The notes under the pieces are model-generated. The model saw only the letters and a list, made by a program, of their open reading frames with translations, had not been told where the DNA came from and ran no database searches. A stretch of 64,000 nt of DNA, taken from the NCBI GenBank assembly GCA_964536485.1, contig CAZHXX010000001.1, positions 21,643-85,642 of the forward strand, read 5' to 3'. A program made the position numbers and the translations under genes. Below are positions 63,982 through 64,000 of the stretch, piece after piece (positions within the stretch are counted from its first letter, which is position 1; the number at the start of each line of letters is the position of its first letter). Origin of the DNA: an uncultured Candidatus Saccharibacteria bacterium (lineage in GTDB: Bacteria > Patescibacteriota > Saccharimonadia > Saccharimonadales > SZUA-47).

Positions 63982-64000
63982 AAATATTCTTATTACTGGT
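63971..64000 (+). CDS. start of another Rossmann-fold (SDR-like) gene, truncated by the window end
   Basis: ATG at 63971 gives [10 protein letters not shown]. Only 10 codons are visible. Confidence 0.35.
   Translation, partial: MEFKNILITG

Overview
This is a gene-dense chromosomal window with about 70 protein genes and one tRNA-Asn. I found no rRNA, transposase, integrase or CRISPR array. TGA is used as a normal stop codon. The gene content points to a small-genome bacterium with a Gram-positive-type envelope: a class-F-like sortase, surface proteins with xxxTG anchors, UppP, dTDP-rhamnose and UDP-xylose synthesis, and a ComEC lacking the metallo-beta-lactamase domain. It may be Patescibacteria/Saccharibacteria-like, but that is inference only.

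Layout:
- 1-13 kb: housekeeping and transport genes (aspS, a CNNM/CBS protein, DsbA-like protein, CPA2 antiporter, nadD, uppP, EVE protein, K+ channel, HIT protein).
- 13.0-19.3 kb: an AT-richer accessory patch starting at tRNA-Asn, with an HNH gene, two pseudogenes and small orphan genes.
- 19.3-21.3 kb: a wHTH / SRPBCC / PhnB-like operon.
- 21.3-24.2 kb: a structured intergenic RNA candidate followed by SPFH-RtcB and a HAD hydrolase.
- 26-39.7 kb: a sortase with its substrate, NRAMP, a MauE-DUF305 fusion, and a 2575-aa DUF11 surface protein.
- 39.7-46.5 kb: redox enzymes and a beta-helix/CBM surface enzyme.
- 46.5-50.7 kb: a nuclease / ComEC / lamin-tail-protein DNA-uptake cluster.
- 50.7-64 kb: a cell-envelope polysaccharide cluster.

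The four most notable observations:
1. An SPFH-RtcB pair is preceded by a T-loop-bearing structured RNA candidate.
2. A minimal DNA-uptake module is present.
3. A -10 box followed 6-7 nt later by ATG (leaderless architecture) recurs at about 20 genes.
4. Two terminator-type leaders are present, one upstream of aspS with an Asp-Asn-Asn mini-ORF and one upstream of an uncharacterised 520-aa / Zn-ribbon / nadD operon.

All functional calls come from motifs read by eye. No database search was possible.
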